A stretch of 64,000 bases of DNA from the IMG/VR virus record IMGVR_UViG_3300025751_003710; one strand, given 5' to 3'. Below the pieces are notes generated by a model that worked only from the letters and a program-made list of their open reading frames with translations, was not told where the DNA came from and ran no database searches. The stretch's first letter is position 1. The number at the start of each line of letters is the position of its first letter. A program made the position numbers and the translations under genes. Origin of the DNA: an uncultured virus (IMG/VR IMGVR_UViG_3300025751_003710) (lineage: Duplodnaviria; Heunggongvirae; Uroviricota; Caudoviricetes). This document shows positions 46,501 through 56,100 of this stretch, one piece after another.

Positions 46501-48569
46501 ATTTACCATCAGAAACATTAACATTAACTGGTACACCACTTACAGATAGTGTCAAACATGAACCACAATCTTTACATACATTTGTACCAGGTGTAGAAAA
46601 TACTAATGCGGTAAAACATCTCCCACAGTCAACACACAGTTTTGTGAGAGCAACAGAAGGTGCTATTTTACTTGGTTGTTCTGGTGGTCAGATAGAATCA
46701 TTTGAAGTTATTAGTGGTGGAAGTGGATATACCAATCCACAAGCTGCACTTACAGATCCATCATATGATAATTTAAAGCACATAGGAATTTTCCGCCCAT
46801 CTGTTGGAGGATTCCAGGAACAACTTGGAATTGGTCTTTCGGTAACAGTTGATGTTTCACCATCTTTGAGTGTTGGTATCGGATCTACATATTCATTCAT
46901 AGATGACTATAAAATAACAACTAACGGTTATTCCTTTGAAAGAGGTGATAAGTTTACACTTGCTGGTTTAACAACAGCTCGTGGATTATTAACTCCTTTA
47001 GAAGAATTAGTATTTACTGTTACTGATGTTAAATTTGATACTTTTGCTTCTTGGCAAGTCGGTGAATTTGATATTATTGATTCAATAGCATCATTGCAAA
47101 ATAGTGTAAGAACTAGATTTCCAGTATCAAAAAATAATGTATTATTAAGTTTTGAGAGGAGTCAAACTGACAATGCAGCAGATATTATCGATTTCTCAAC
47201 TATTTTACTTATCTTTGTTAATGGAGTTATGCAAGAACCTGGAGTTTCTTACACATATGAAGGAGGTACTACTTTTGTATTTAAAGCAGCACCCAAAAAA
47301 GAAGATAAAATTGACATTTTCTTCTATAGGGGAACTGCTGGTGTTGATAGTGTAGAACAAATTGTTTACCCATATTTAAAACCTGGTGATGGTGTTCAAA
47401 TACAACAAAATCCATCAGTAAGATCTACACGTTCTCAAGATCCTAGAGTAATGTCATTCATTGTTTCATCAGACACTTTTGAAACAGGTATTTATTTTGG
47501 ACAAGGAATAAATCAAGTGACTCCAAAACCAATTGATTTATTACCCCAAAAGACTGACTCTGTTGTAGGACAGATTGTAAGGACAAAAGATAGAGATAGT
47601 TTAGAAAGTAAGATTATTCCTGTTGGAAATATTATAAAATCTGTTTCGGCATCAGATAATCAAATTTTCTTAGACGAAGCACAGTTTTTCAATTATGAAG
47701 AAAATGATTTTGGTCAAGATATTGCACAATTTAATTCCATAATTGTTTCAAATAAAGAAATAGTATCTGCAGCTATGACTGCTGTTGTTTCTAGTGATGG
47801 TGAAATAACTAACATTCTCGTTTCTGATGGTGGATCTGGATATGTTGGTGTTGCAAATAGTGTTAAATTGAAATTTAGAAATCCACCACATGGTGGAACT
47901 TTACCTGAAGTTTATGGAACAGTTTCTGCAGCGGGAACAATTACAAGTCCCTTTGATATTACAAATGCTGGCGCTGGATACACCAGCACCAATATTCCAG
48001 AAGTTATTGCTCCAACTGAAAATATTTTAACTGAGAATATTCAAAATATATCTTTAGTTCAAGGTTTTTCTGGAATTATTACAGGAATTACAACGACAAA
48101 TGGAGTTAATGGGCATGGAATGGCAATTAAATTCTTTGTTGAGTATGACCAAAATATATCTTTCACAGATTTATCAACTTTATATCCAATTTATGTCTCC
48201 GAAACATCAGTTGGATCTGGTGTAACGTCAGTTGATCAAAATGGTACTTTAAATGTTTCTACTGGAACTACCTATTGTGACAATATATATGAAATTCATA
48301 ATATAGTTGATCTGAGTTTAAGAGCTGAACTTGTTTCAAATATTCACGAAGATACAATTGATCCTGCTGGAATTAGCACTTTTGGTGATGTAGTTGGTAA
48401 ATTTAGTTGGGGAAGATTATCTGGAATAACTAGATCTCAAACTTCACCAATTTCTATTGATTTGAGTGATTATAATGTATCACCTGGATTATCATCATTC
48501 CCATCAATACATAGAAGATCCACTGGTTTAAGAAATACTGGTGCAATTGAAAAGATATTTGTATCCTAA
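34569..48569 (+). CDS. gp7: Giant baseplate wedge protein (gp7-like, 4666 aa)
   Basis: Lies between gp6 and gp8; F..FLKQYY, FYQTKGT..SIKILF, DNDYYQ..SYSIKS, HPIG motifs. Confidence 0.75.
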   Translation: MISTNFESRVKINEIVSNQIPEFILDQNPKFSEFLKQYYISQEFEGGPVDIVENLDQYLSFHYLNEKLYNNNITISSDITSSDDTITLSTTRGFPKSYGLLQIDDEVITYTGISGNSLTGCVRGFSGITSLESVDDPEELVFSSTSSAAHTAGSSVKNLNLLFLENFFKKLKQIYAPGFEEFDFTSELNTNTFISKVKSFYQTKGTEESIKILFKILYDINPKIINPEDYLIKPSDAEYLRRKIVVCDLLTTGGNPFKLVGQQIKSFDGTFSGPVSKVDISTKNNKTVYKIHLFYGYGDDDLIDGNFRITPKTKSLEPINVGDTTITVDSTIGFPKSGTIVVEGNEVTYTDKSVNQFYNCTSVVDNISSNKNVYQKDSTVYGFEDGDSSKRIDFIVIGSLVTIDGIDDFTLLSDTDIVELGELGDDIRNDIVDKTIKEYSFGALKYNVKTSYDILNFNIGSAELVLYEEPDKNSLNENEIVDILLKDTETVILNDVQVNSIIGRTVTIDTPITGILPQQNIAIRRNLNFANSTKVQIKHENVLSDVQNAYSYEDDLYIASNSLPSRDITLDVKKVSKTITSSLDADQFFDGFSAQKYTILSFENEVPFLTGDAVKYFHTTENSISELPNFELFYVEVLEPKNKIRLYSALSFLPVSDFLKFDKNTELGTHTFVLEQHASQIIEPSNSLKKIPLERSFSLSEKEYKTESGVIGVLANGVDIINYKSDDKVFFGPLDSLNVSNQGFGYDVINPPDAELSSPNYNVGVGTTAKMNLVVSGSFEDVFVDPQQFGVSRIITIYAKGGNGKNAVFEPITKKQYRTIIFNAADIEFGGSVDPNNDSFIFNSSHGLTSGEKIVYNTNENLGIGIGPFNGSNLDSGGTLVNGGIYYPEVINSNSIRLYNTISDLNSGINTVGLTTINNYGTHKFRVFEPINVLSYVRVVNPGENYTNRVLNISPSGIHTAGDTFVFENHGFTDGDLLNYSYNDTGIVGLDTSKKYYVLKLNDNSFQLADGGQKNDDESELSKQNYKKRKNITISSSGQGYQTFSYPPISVEVVAEYTGIVSSITLTPKVRGKVIDAYLYEKGTEYGSTALNLNIKPTVSIKTGSGAQLKPLVVGNKVLSVQVQNKGENYSSSVDLEVVGKGIGCVLRAVVVNGQIDSVIVINSGTGYDDSTSITISTPGQGAVIIPTIRSLTVNDFYRYPGDFYLENKEKNALTYGINGYFSSREGLEFDDPNPDTNHSRIIGWAKDGNPIYGPNGHTDPTSFTSPIKRLETGYVLDPSNIFNRPSTDILPSGFFVEDYKFNDSGDLDRHNGRFTKTPEFPNGIYAYFASTKLDIATSAQTEIVPEFPYFVGNTYRSTPIDTFTLDQNDDLDSANLLRNTSPYRVNRENSSNYYIPKNFGTRQRCDIKSVESGSVDRLVIDNAGDGYSVGDTLIFNETNTDGSGVSAEIVEVKNSAEIENIQTSYILNENVIFIWENSSTIKGYILPSHNLVDNDRIEITGISTSSVDFLNGNHKISVESEKVILTNNISSGDVGDVVDLQVDKIPTTTSIGSSVSTGGENFTILNVYNQENVLRCKRHSAGLAHTVSDIISIIPSQFTFNLNSNYFESSLSPVYNFNPNDSIGIGTEDGSYSSTTLTYGGVSKEVELKTLSIYLPNHPFNTNDKVRFKLSDEAGASALLVSNESNGSQFSLPYNPVTDNTQDLFIIKKSDDYIGIVTQVGLTTTSSGLFFNGNGSDFDDYKFEKLEEESVTGTSTKITTTITTNLNHNILDNDLLSLKVIPNNTSGGITTSSSLVFKYNPDFNKLVTNPVGFSSLSVNLDENTIEINSHQYVNGDKILYTTDNFVTGGIGTGIYFVNKYDSNKIRLCDTYQDSVSNPANPISIGNSGSNSQEISNVNPKIRGVKNGTLRFDLSNSSLSGYEFNIFSDKQFTKPYVSTGSTSTFNVRVSGTPGTDGIIDVKYDNNLPDLYYSLLKDTKPVFENENEDDYHIIFVDSFYNKDQYVVSNSSGTTFDISLSSIPESLSYTKNQADISYSTSSRNTTGPISKINLLNRGSGYTSLPRFTGISTANSGRVSGINAIVSVETDTIGKFKSIEILNDGFDYASDSTLRPSSNFNTLLLLSDNEEITDINVVFGGKNYISKPSLVLVDTLSRKEVDTGILEVGMNNSSIGSISVITPPNGLKSSTHRLFTTNNTNGVVITGITTVENGIVHAKVRTPPIFGFKESPFVSGDKVFVEGVVRGTSVDEFGNETIPGDGYNSADHGYVFFDVTDFINDPGNAVLKYDISQYTTNPGIPQTLNSYATGVNEKNYPTFETIQVISSFQQGEIIKVNGVSENITVKNVFPNSLKVSSTNNIEKFNSIQGSISNSKALVVGSFDYSGKFKFNSLSNASLGWYKDTGKLNFDTQALPDNDYYQTLSYSIKSDVEYDKFIEPLSKLAHPIGTKNFGEVGFTSSSSTGIAGTSSLSTVLSLDEESRVDIIRNFDLVFDDDSLSNSTSLIKLRNKKLSNFIECRTNRVLQIDDISNSFSSSEINKDEIVVAESYQVTDYYSQFLIQTFNEINDFNSQKEYQLSNVVVLNDFENTYTLTKGNIFTGEEKLGDFEGSINNIGSPELIFKPTDPFNTNYNLKLYREYFGPESSVGFGVTDHGFMRIFSEAKTIESTVGFVTSIFRANASTYRTIRSSNLIINTDDYSFNYYEVFGIYDGVNTPQVSEYYFDSKAQLSGLSSGFLGTFDLEVDSGNIFLNFTNTSGNNITIKSKTVAIGDVSLGIGTYRFLSDDQIPETEKSSRIESKFDTITGNTIIKTLDSSVDSALKSLIRISTTANSGIGETISLYEVSLIGDQTNTSLVASPFVATGSNGIGTFGALNSGTDINLYFYPDPDFINESLLIQSVDQILYAENDEFNVPNTLEVGASKHDVSVAKYGSINVFGKDRLNFDMNWNRTPIFAKTINPKKSGILQNETGIINIQRHFFEDGEELIYTPGSTLTGVAATAISIGSTIVGGAIFTADIISGFSTVTGIGNTEGIISGSDTSLLGLNIPSGTSITSIGKTYSYFVGTSDGVNNHILGIANTSILTTGSEVFTLDNISRGTINTIGINSLSITSSNTLPSGTDVVYYSDDLSNSVEISKVSTGTTFRESYQVGIETNICPSKVFAIKINEDQFKITGMKNSGIGFTFTGTGSGNTHVFEMKKKNEKTVLTINGVLQAPLAFTPIQKTIDQNVSIGASFIALSGISSISPEDILKINDEYVTINSVGIGSTTDGPISGTGSFNLCNIERGRMGSVAAEHAVNDSVRVYKGSYNVVGNEIFFSEAPDGKGNNAEFGETLLPLPKSTFNGRVYLKQDYSSNKIYDDISPGFNGIEQVFTLYQNGEVVSDAVPGNNILTINNIFQNPDNDSSTSENYEILTNDGISSVRFKGVEIEGSEYSFTTEYDINQNDLPRGGIIVSMGFTGGTGYAPLVGLPGDMIDVTVDAGVITNVGFTTSIIVGLAVTGVIAANTTSITGIDTTSMKIGQKIMNILNEYVDEIDFVPQHVNLKVPNEDSILQFDTLIQSIGTNSITLSKATTNTSSLTTSFGVDFGEEFKGSGYNSDQIVAIYEDNHTGTPAVVKAIVSTASSSLTPTNVTYDPATGDSQFTFGGAHNLSNGDEIRIMDQSIVFTCAMDNYKTEHVNPQSHHYSSGRRLPVTVDGPEQFTVNVGASGPNQQFTPTNAVYNPATGDLILTIGSHTLSPGEGITIDDNSLTFTCTMDNNQSEKTYPRPGIDPYAGRSIPIKSVTSNSITIYAGISRENVYFTPSAATYDSSSQNLTLTIGSHGLGEQRNVVLSDNALAFQKANNDIINYPDPNNGSQSGQSITIVDVPYTSHTPTDAPYNASTGIVTFEVNGHGLESGNYIMVEDGSLTYTCDLDDNTVQKSYPRAGYDYPSNRWLIVTVVDANHFTVDIGPSSDTSDHTFVSASTNALRFQGNTIVINASDLPSETLTLTGTPLTDSVKHEPQSLHTFVPGVENTNAVKHLPQSTHSFVRATEGAILLGCSGGQIESFEVISGGSGYTNPQAALTDPSYDNLKHIGIFRPSVGGFQEQLGIGLSVTVDVSPSLSVGIGSTYSFIDDYKITTNGYSFERGDKFTLAGLTTARGLLTPLEELVFTVTDVKFDTFASWQVGEFDIIDSIASLQNSVRTRFPVSKNNVLLSFERSQTDNAADIIDFSTILLIFVNGVMQEPGVSYTYEGGTTFVFKAAPKKEDKIDIFFYRGTAGVDSVEQIVYPYLKPGDGVQIQQNPSVRSTRSQDPRVMSFIVSSDTFETGIYFGQGINQVTPKPIDLLPQKTDSVVGQIVRTKDRDSLESKIIPVGNIIKSVSASDNQIFLDEAQFFNYEENDFGQDIAQFNSIIVSNKEIVSAAMTAVVSSDGEITNILVSDGGSGYVGVANSVKLKFRNPPHGGTLPEVYGTVSAAGTITSPFDITNAGAGYTSTNIPEVIAPTENILTENIQNISLVQGFSGIITGITTTNGVNGHGMAIKFFVEYDQNISFTDLSTLYPIYVSETSVGSGVTSVDQNGTLNVSTGTTYCDNIYEIHNIVDLSLRAELVSNIHEDTIDPAGISTFGDVVGKFSWGRLSGITRSQTSPISIDLSDYNVSPGLSSFPSIHRRSTGLRNTGAIEKIFVS

Positions 48570-48574
48570 TTAGA

Positions 48575-48582
48575 TATAAATA
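48575..48582 (+). promoter_or_regulatory. T4-type late promoter
   Basis: TATAAATA. Also TATAAATA at 57657 and TAAATA at 61511. Confidence 0.7.
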
Positions 48583-48618
48583 ATGTTAAATAGTTGTATT
48601 AGCAAATAATAAAAATAA

Positions 48619-50187
48619 ATGGCTGCTATCGTCACTGACCAATTTAGGGTTTTAAATGCTAAAAACTTTGTGGATTCTGTAAAGGACCCTAATAATTCTT
48701 ATTACATATTTTTAGGATTAGCAAATCCTACACCATCTAATGTTGGATACGGTAGAACAACTGACTGGAATACAAATATTCCTTCTCCAGAAGATAGTCT
48801 TAGTTACGTAAATCATGTTAAAGATACTGTAATTTTTGGTAAAAAAATTACTTCAGATAATGTTAGAAGATTGATCCGTAAAGTTGAATGGACTAAGAAT
48901 ACAATATATGAAATGTATCGTCATGATTATTCAGTATCCAATCAATCCCAAAAAACTAATTCTAATAGATTATATGATGCAAATTATTATGTAATTAATA
49001 AAGATTTTAGAGTATATCTGTGTATTGATAATGGATCTAGAGATACTAATAGATTAGGTAATCCATCACAAGATGAACCAACATTTGTTGATTTAGAACC
49101 ATCAAGAGCGGGTGAAAGTGGTGATGGTTATATTTGGAAATATATGTTTACAGTTTCACCTAGTGATATTGTAAAATTTGATTCTATCGAATATGTTCCT
49201 GTTCCTGCAGATTGGGAAACAACTAATAATCCAGATATTAAAGCCATAAGAAAAAGTGCTGATTCATCTATAAATGAAAACCAGATTAAAAAAGTCTTCA
49301 TAGAAGCTTCTGGAACTGGATATACACAAACATCTGAAGCTTTAAATATAGTTGGTGATGGTAGTGGTGCTAAAGTTCTTGTGGATGTTGTTGGTGGAAA
49401 GATAAATGATGTGATCGTTTCAAATGGGGGTAAAGATTATACTTATGGTAGAGTAGATCTTTCACCAATCAATCAAGGAGCAACATCTTTTGCTCATTTA
49501 ATCCCAATAATTCCACCATCACTTGGGCATGGATATGACATCTATACAGAACTTGGGTGTGAGAGAGTTTTAGTATATGCTAGATTTGATGATTCTACAA
49601 AAGATTTTCCATCTGATGTAAAATTTTCTCAAATTGGTATTTTAAAAAATCCAACAATATATGGATCTGATAGTACACAATATACTGATAGTACATTTTC
49701 AAATTTAGGTTCTTTAAAGTTAATTGATAGTACAATATCACAATCAGAGTTAGCAACTCCAGGGACTAAAATTTATCAATCAATTACTGGTGTTGGAACT
49801 GCAGTTGGATATATTGCATCATATGATGGTGAAACTAAAGTGCTAAAATATTTTACTGATCGATCATTATATTATAATAGTTTAACATATGACCAAAAAG
49901 ACTCTAGAGATGTATTCACAAGTGGAAAACCAGTAGGTTTTTCGACCGAAGGTGGATTAATTACAACATCTTCAGGTTTTAGTGCTGGAATTGATCCTTC
50001 ATTTAACCAATCAACATTTGAAGTTTCTAGTTCAAAAACAGTTGATTTGGATTCTTCATTTTCAAATGGAATATCTTTACCAGAGATAAATAAAAGGACG
50101 GGAGATATTGTTTACATTGACAATAGACCTATTGTAAATAGAAATCCCAAACAAAAAGAAGATATTAAAATCGTACTGGAATTCTAA
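48619..50187 (+). CDS. gp8: Baseplate wedge subunit gp8
   Basis: MAAIVTDQFR, VYLCIDN, DGYIWKYM, YIDNR, EDIKIVLEF. Confidence 0.88.
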   Translation: MAAIVTDQFRVLNAKNFVDSVKDPNNSYYIFLGLANPTPSNVGYGRTTDWNTNIPSPEDSLSYVNHVKDTVIFGKKITSDNVRRLIRKVEWTKNTIYEMYRHDYSVSNQSQKTNSNRLYDANYYVINKDFRVYLCIDNGSRDTNRLGNPSQDEPTFVDLEPSRAGESGDGYIWKYMFTVSPSDIVKFDSIEYVPVPADWETTNNPDIKAIRKSADSSINENQIKKVFIEASGTGYTQTSEALNIVGDGSGAKVLVDVVGGKINDVIVSNGGKDYTYGRVDLSPINQGATSFAHLIPIIPPSLGHGYDIYTELGCERVLVYARFDDSTKDFPSDVKFSQIGILKNPTIYGSDSTQYTDSTFSNLGSLKLIDSTISQSELATPGTKIYQSITGVGTAVGYIASYDGETKVLKYFTDRSLYYNSLTYDQKDSRDVFTSGKPVGFSTEGGLITTSSGFSAGIDPSFNQSTFEVSSSKTVDLDSSFSNGISLPEINKRTGDIVYIDNRPIVNRNPKQKEDIKIVLEF

Positions 50188-50196
50188 AAAATCAAA

Positions 50197-53100
50197 ATGG
50201 CTAAAACAAATTTAAACGTCTCACCATATTTTGATGATTTTGACGCTGAAAAAAATTATTACAAAGTATTATTTAAACCAGGATATCCAGTCCAAGCTAG
50301 AGAATTAACTACTCTACAATCAATACTTCAAGAGCAAGTATCTTCTTTAGGTAAGAGTATATTTAAAGATGGATCGGTTGTTGTACCAGGTGAAGTTTCT
50401 TATGATCCAAATTATTATGCAGTAAAAATTAATCCAATTCATTTGGGATTAGATGTTGAATTATATTACAAAGAATTGATTGGTAAAAAAATTATTGGAG
50501 ATGTTTCTCAAGTTACTGCTGTAGTACAAAATGTTTTATCTAGAGTAGATTCTACAGAAAATGTAACTACTTTATATGTAAAATATACAAACTCAAATTC
50601 ATCTTTTCAGAATACAAGTTTTGTAGATGGTGAAACATTAACCATTGTAGATAGTATACAATATGGTAATACAGTTATTACGGGTGGAAATACTATTGGA
50701 TCTCTTATAGATGCTAATTCGGTAAAAATTGGATCAGCAGTTTCAATATCTCCTGGTATATACTTTATAAGAGGATTATTCGTTAAAGTATCCCAAGATA
50801 CAATAATTTTAGATCAGTATACTAATACACCATCATATAGAGTTGGATTAAGTATAACTGAAAATTTTGTAACATCTTTTGATGATAATAGTTTATATGA
50901 TAATGCTAAAGGATTTACAAATTATTCAGCACCAGGTGCCGATAGGTTTAATCTAACAACAAAATTATCCAAACAAGGATTACAAGATTTCAATGATACA
51001 AACTTTATTGAAATTTTAAGGATAACAAATGGTGTAGTTAAAAAAGTAAAAGACACATCAGATTATTCTTTAATTAAGGATTATCTAGCTAAAAGAACAT
51101 TTGAGCAGACTGGACATTTCACAGTAAGTCCATTTTCAGTAGATGTTGTAGATTCATTAAATAATTTAACAGATTTAAGTGGGTTATATAAGAGAAGTGA
51201 AAGAACGGATCAAAATAACATTCCTAGAGAAGACTTATTGTGTGTAAAAGTTTCTTCTGGAAAAGCTTATGTTTCTGGTAACGAAATTGAAAAATCTGCA
51301 ACAAATGTTTTAGACATTAGAAAAGCAAGATCTACTAATACTGTATCTCTATCCCCAGTTCAATTTGAAATGGGAAGTCTTATTGTTACTAATAATGTCT
51401 CTGGTTGTCCTGCTATAGGACTAAACAACTCTTATACAATAGATCTTTTCGATTCAAGAAAATCAAACAATACTGCAGGAACTGGTACAACAATTGGTAA
51501 AGCGAGAGTATATTCATTTTCTGCATCGGATAGTTCATATGTAAATAATTCTAGTAGATGGAATTTATATCTTTACGATATCCAGACATATACAAAATTA
51601 ACTTTAAATACAGAATTACCATCAGAAGTTTCTGAAGGATCACGTGTTAGAGGATTGCGTAGTGGATCTTCTGGATTTATTTCAGAAAATCCATATAATA
51701 CAAATGTATTATATGTTTATCAAACTTCAGGAACATTTTTAGTTAATGAAGAATTAGAATTTAATGAAAATAAAAATATAAAGAGAAGTATAACTGATGT
51801 AAAAATTTACAGTGGTAAAGATATAAAATCAGTATATCAAAATTCTTCATCGTTGTCTTTATCTGGTCTAAGTACAGATTTTTCTGCAGACGTTTTCTTG
51901 AATAAGAATATAGCTCCCAACTTTAACGTTTCGGACTCAATTATTATAACACCAGAAAGTTCTGGAATTAGTACAATTACATCTCCAGGAAAACTTTTTG
52001 ACGGTATTAAGGTAGGGTCAATAGTTCGCTATCAAAAAGTAGGTTTTGCAACAGAATTTTTCAACAAAGTTGAAAGTATTTCAACTGATAAGTTAGAAAT
52101 GACCGTTAGTGCTGTTCCAAATGTTGATGATGTTTGTTTAGGATCACTTCATAGTGGATCTGAAAATTTAAAAACTTTATTTACTATTGGAGAATCAACA
52201 ATACAAAATAAAGAAAATTCAAATCTATATTCACCATTAAAAAATAAAAATGTATCCTCGGTAAATTTATCTTCATCTACTTTAACAATAGTTAAGCAAG
52301 CTACTGGAAAAACTACTTCATCTACAGGAACATTAGCACTTACTGTAGATAATTTTAATCTTGCCGATGCTACATTTGAGCCATATTCTGTAGGTAGATA
52401 TTCTCTTTTCTACAATGATGGAACAATAGAGACTTTAACTGCAGGAAAATTAGAAATAACAAATTCTGGTCAAGAATTAACTTTATACGGATTAAAATCT
52501 GATGAAAATGATGTAACAGTAGTAGTTACTTTAAAGAAAACTGTAGTTAGAAATAAATCTAAAATTTATAAAAAGAGTGAAAAAATAGTAATCGATAAAA
52601 CATCATTAGGAATATCTGATGGTATAAGTGGTTTATCAACTAGTAAATATTATGGAGTTAGAGTTGAAGATCAAGATATCTCTCTTAATGTTCCAGATGT
52701 TTCTGAAGTAATTGCAATTTATGAATCAACTAACAGTTCTGAAGCAATTCTAGATAAACTATCATTTTCAGCATCTTCTATTTCTGGTGCAATTGTTGGT
52801 GAAAGAATTGTTGGATCAATAAGTGAAGCAGTTGGACAAATTGTAAGTATTAATACAACTGACATTACATTTGTTTATCTAAATTCAAATAGATTTACAC
52901 CTTCGGATGTAGTCTCTTTCTCAGAATCAAATATTAGTTCACCCATTTCTTCATTGACACCAGGTGCTTATATTGATAGAACTGATGATTTTATATTAGA
53001 TAAGGGACAAAAATCACAATATTACGACTATTCAAAAATAGTTCGATCTTCAGGAACAGTTGTCCCAGCTAAAAAATTAACTGTTATTTACAATGCATAT

Positions 53101-56100
53101 AGCGTTTCTGAAGCAGATTCTGGTGATTTTTATACTGCTAGTAGCTATAATACATCCAACTTTAAAAATTCTGTTCCATCTTTGAATAATAATTCAAGAG
53201 CATCTGATGTTCTTGATTTCAGACCGAGAGTTTCAACATTTAATTCTACAATTACATCACCATTTAATTTCGATACTAGAAACTTTGCAACATCACTGGC
53301 AAATCCACAGATTGTTGTTGCACCAAACGAATCATCTGTGGTTAGTTATCAATATTATGTGCCAAGAATAGACAGATTAGTATTAAATAAAGGTGGTAAT
53401 TTTCAATTGATAGTAGGATCTGGATCTCCTAATCCACAACCACCTACAGAAATAAGTGATGCAATGAATATTGCAACTTTAGAAATTCCTGCGTATGTTT
53501 ATGATGTTAATGATATAAAAATTTCTTTAATAGAGAATAAAAGATATACAATGAAAGATATTGGTTCTCTTGAAGAGAGAATTGAAAATTTGGAAAAATT
53601 TGCAACTTTAAGTTTATTAGAGTTAGACGTAAAATCACTACAAGTCATTGATGATGATGGATTAGGTCTTTCAAAGTTTAAATGTGGATTTTTTGCGGAT
53701 AGTTTTGTTGATACTAGTTCAATTGATTTTAAAAATCAAGATACAAGAGCATCTATCGATGGATCTAATGGTGAGTTAACGACAGATCTTTCTATCCATA
53801 CTTTAAAATCTCAAATTTTACCAAGTAATAGTATTAATTTAGAGACTGCAGATTATTCCACTGATATAGATTTATTAGATCCAAATATCAAAAAAACTGG
53901 TGATTTAATAACCTTAAATTATAGTGAAAAGTTATGGGAAGATATTTCTCAAGAATTTGCAACTACCGAAGAAAATTTAAATCCACATGGATTATCTAAT
54001 TTTAATGGAAAAGTTGCACTTTTCCCATCAACTGATTTATGGGTAAAAACAATTAATAATAAAAAAGGAAATATTATTAGATCGCAAAGTTTATGGGATA
54101 ATTCATATATTTCAAACTTATATTTAAGTTCTGAAAATAGTAATAAGATGAGAAGTAGAAATGTACAATTTTCTGCTTCTGATTTAGTACCACTAAGTAG
54201 ATATACATCATCACTTGACGGGTCATCTTCTGTTGATATCATTCCAAAACTTTTGAAAATTAATATGATATCTGGTATTTTCACAGTTGGAGAAACTATT
54301 GAAGGATATGTTGGAGATAAAAAAGTTTTCTCTTCCAGAATATGTGAACCAAACCATAAAAATGGATTATTCAGTGCTCCATCAGAAACTTATGCAGTTA
54401 ATCCATACCAATCAACAGAAATATTAACAGATTATGCTCAATCAACATCAGTATTGAATATTGATACTTATTCTTTAGCAGATAATGCTGATGGAAGATT
54501 TTACGGATATGTATTTGAAGGTATGCGTATAATTGGTAAAACGAGTGGAGCTCAGTGTGATGTAACTTCTCAAGATCTTATTACAGACAATGTGGGAGAT
54601 TTGATAGGTTGTTTCTATGTTAGAAATCCATTTACAACATTAACACCATCAACATTATTTAATGTTAGTGATAAAACATTTAGACTACAAACAGATTCTA
54701 CATCCACTCAAACATCTTCAATATCATTAAGATCTTATTTCTGCGAAAGTTCATTATATCTAAGTGATAATCCAAAATCTTCAAATATATCCTTACTTAG
54801 AAGACCAGTTTCTACTAGATCTGTATTAGAAACGGGTAAGAGTTATCTTTCACAAACATTTAAAGTTGATAATGAGGGTGGATTCTTAACATCTTTAGAT
54901 TTATTCTTCTCTAAAAAAGATGATACCGAAAAAGTAACTGTAGAAATTAGAGAAGTTGATCTTGGTGGTCGTCCAACTGCCAAAATATTACAAGATTTCT
55001 CAGTAGCTCAAATTTTACCAGCAAATATAACTACATCTACTGATGGTAGTGTTGCAACTAATGTTAAATTTAGATCCCCAGTTTATTTGGAACCAAATAA
55101 GCAATATTCATTAACACTATTTTCAGCATCATCTTCATCATATTCTGTTTGGACTGCTACATCCAATGAATCCACAGTTGCTACACAAAATTTCCCAAAT
55201 TCTCAACAGATAATTTATTCAAATCAATTTGTAGGTGGAAATTTATATAAACCACAGAATGGTGCTATTGCAACAGCATCTCTTTTACAAGATTTGAAAT
55301 TTAGATTATATAAAGCACAATTTGTAGAATCAGGAACAGCATTTTTTGCAAATCCATTACTATCAAATAGTAACTCAAATGAAGAATATGATGCAAATAT
55401 TGATAATTTAGTCTCAAATCCTATAACATCATTCCCCAAAAAACAAGTAATTGGAATTACAACATCATACCTAGATTCAGAATTCTATCATTATGGTAGA
55501 AAAGTTATATTTGGATCAGTATCAAATGATGTTCATGGATTTATTGAACAAAGTGGTGGAAAAATATCAGGTATAACAACAAACAGTGTCGGTGCTGGAT
55601 ATAGTAATGGAACTTATTCTAATGCTGAGTTATATACTATTAATGGATTTGGTCCAGAAGTTAATAACGTTACTGCAAATCTAACATTTGCAAATAATCA
55701 ATTAAGTTCCGTTACTATAATCGATGGTGGAAGTGGTTATTCGGTAGGTGATTTGCTGGGTATAAAAACAACAACAAATCCATCAGGAAGTGGTGCAATT
55801 GTTGGTGTTTCATCGATAAATGGAGTAGATACATTACTTCTGACAAATATCAATGCAAATAACAGTATTTTACTTGGTTATGGTTTAAGTGTTTTAGATG
55901 ATGCAGATAATGTAGTTTCTTTGGCTGGAACATCTGTTATTAAAGATCCTAGAAACTTGAGTGATTTATACAGTGGAAATGTATTCAAAGTTGATAATTA
56001 TAGTCATGGTATGCATTCAACAAATAATTATGTAAAAATCAGTGGTGTTTTCCCAGATACAGTTCCGTCACAGTTAACTGCAAATATTACTGCCGATTCA

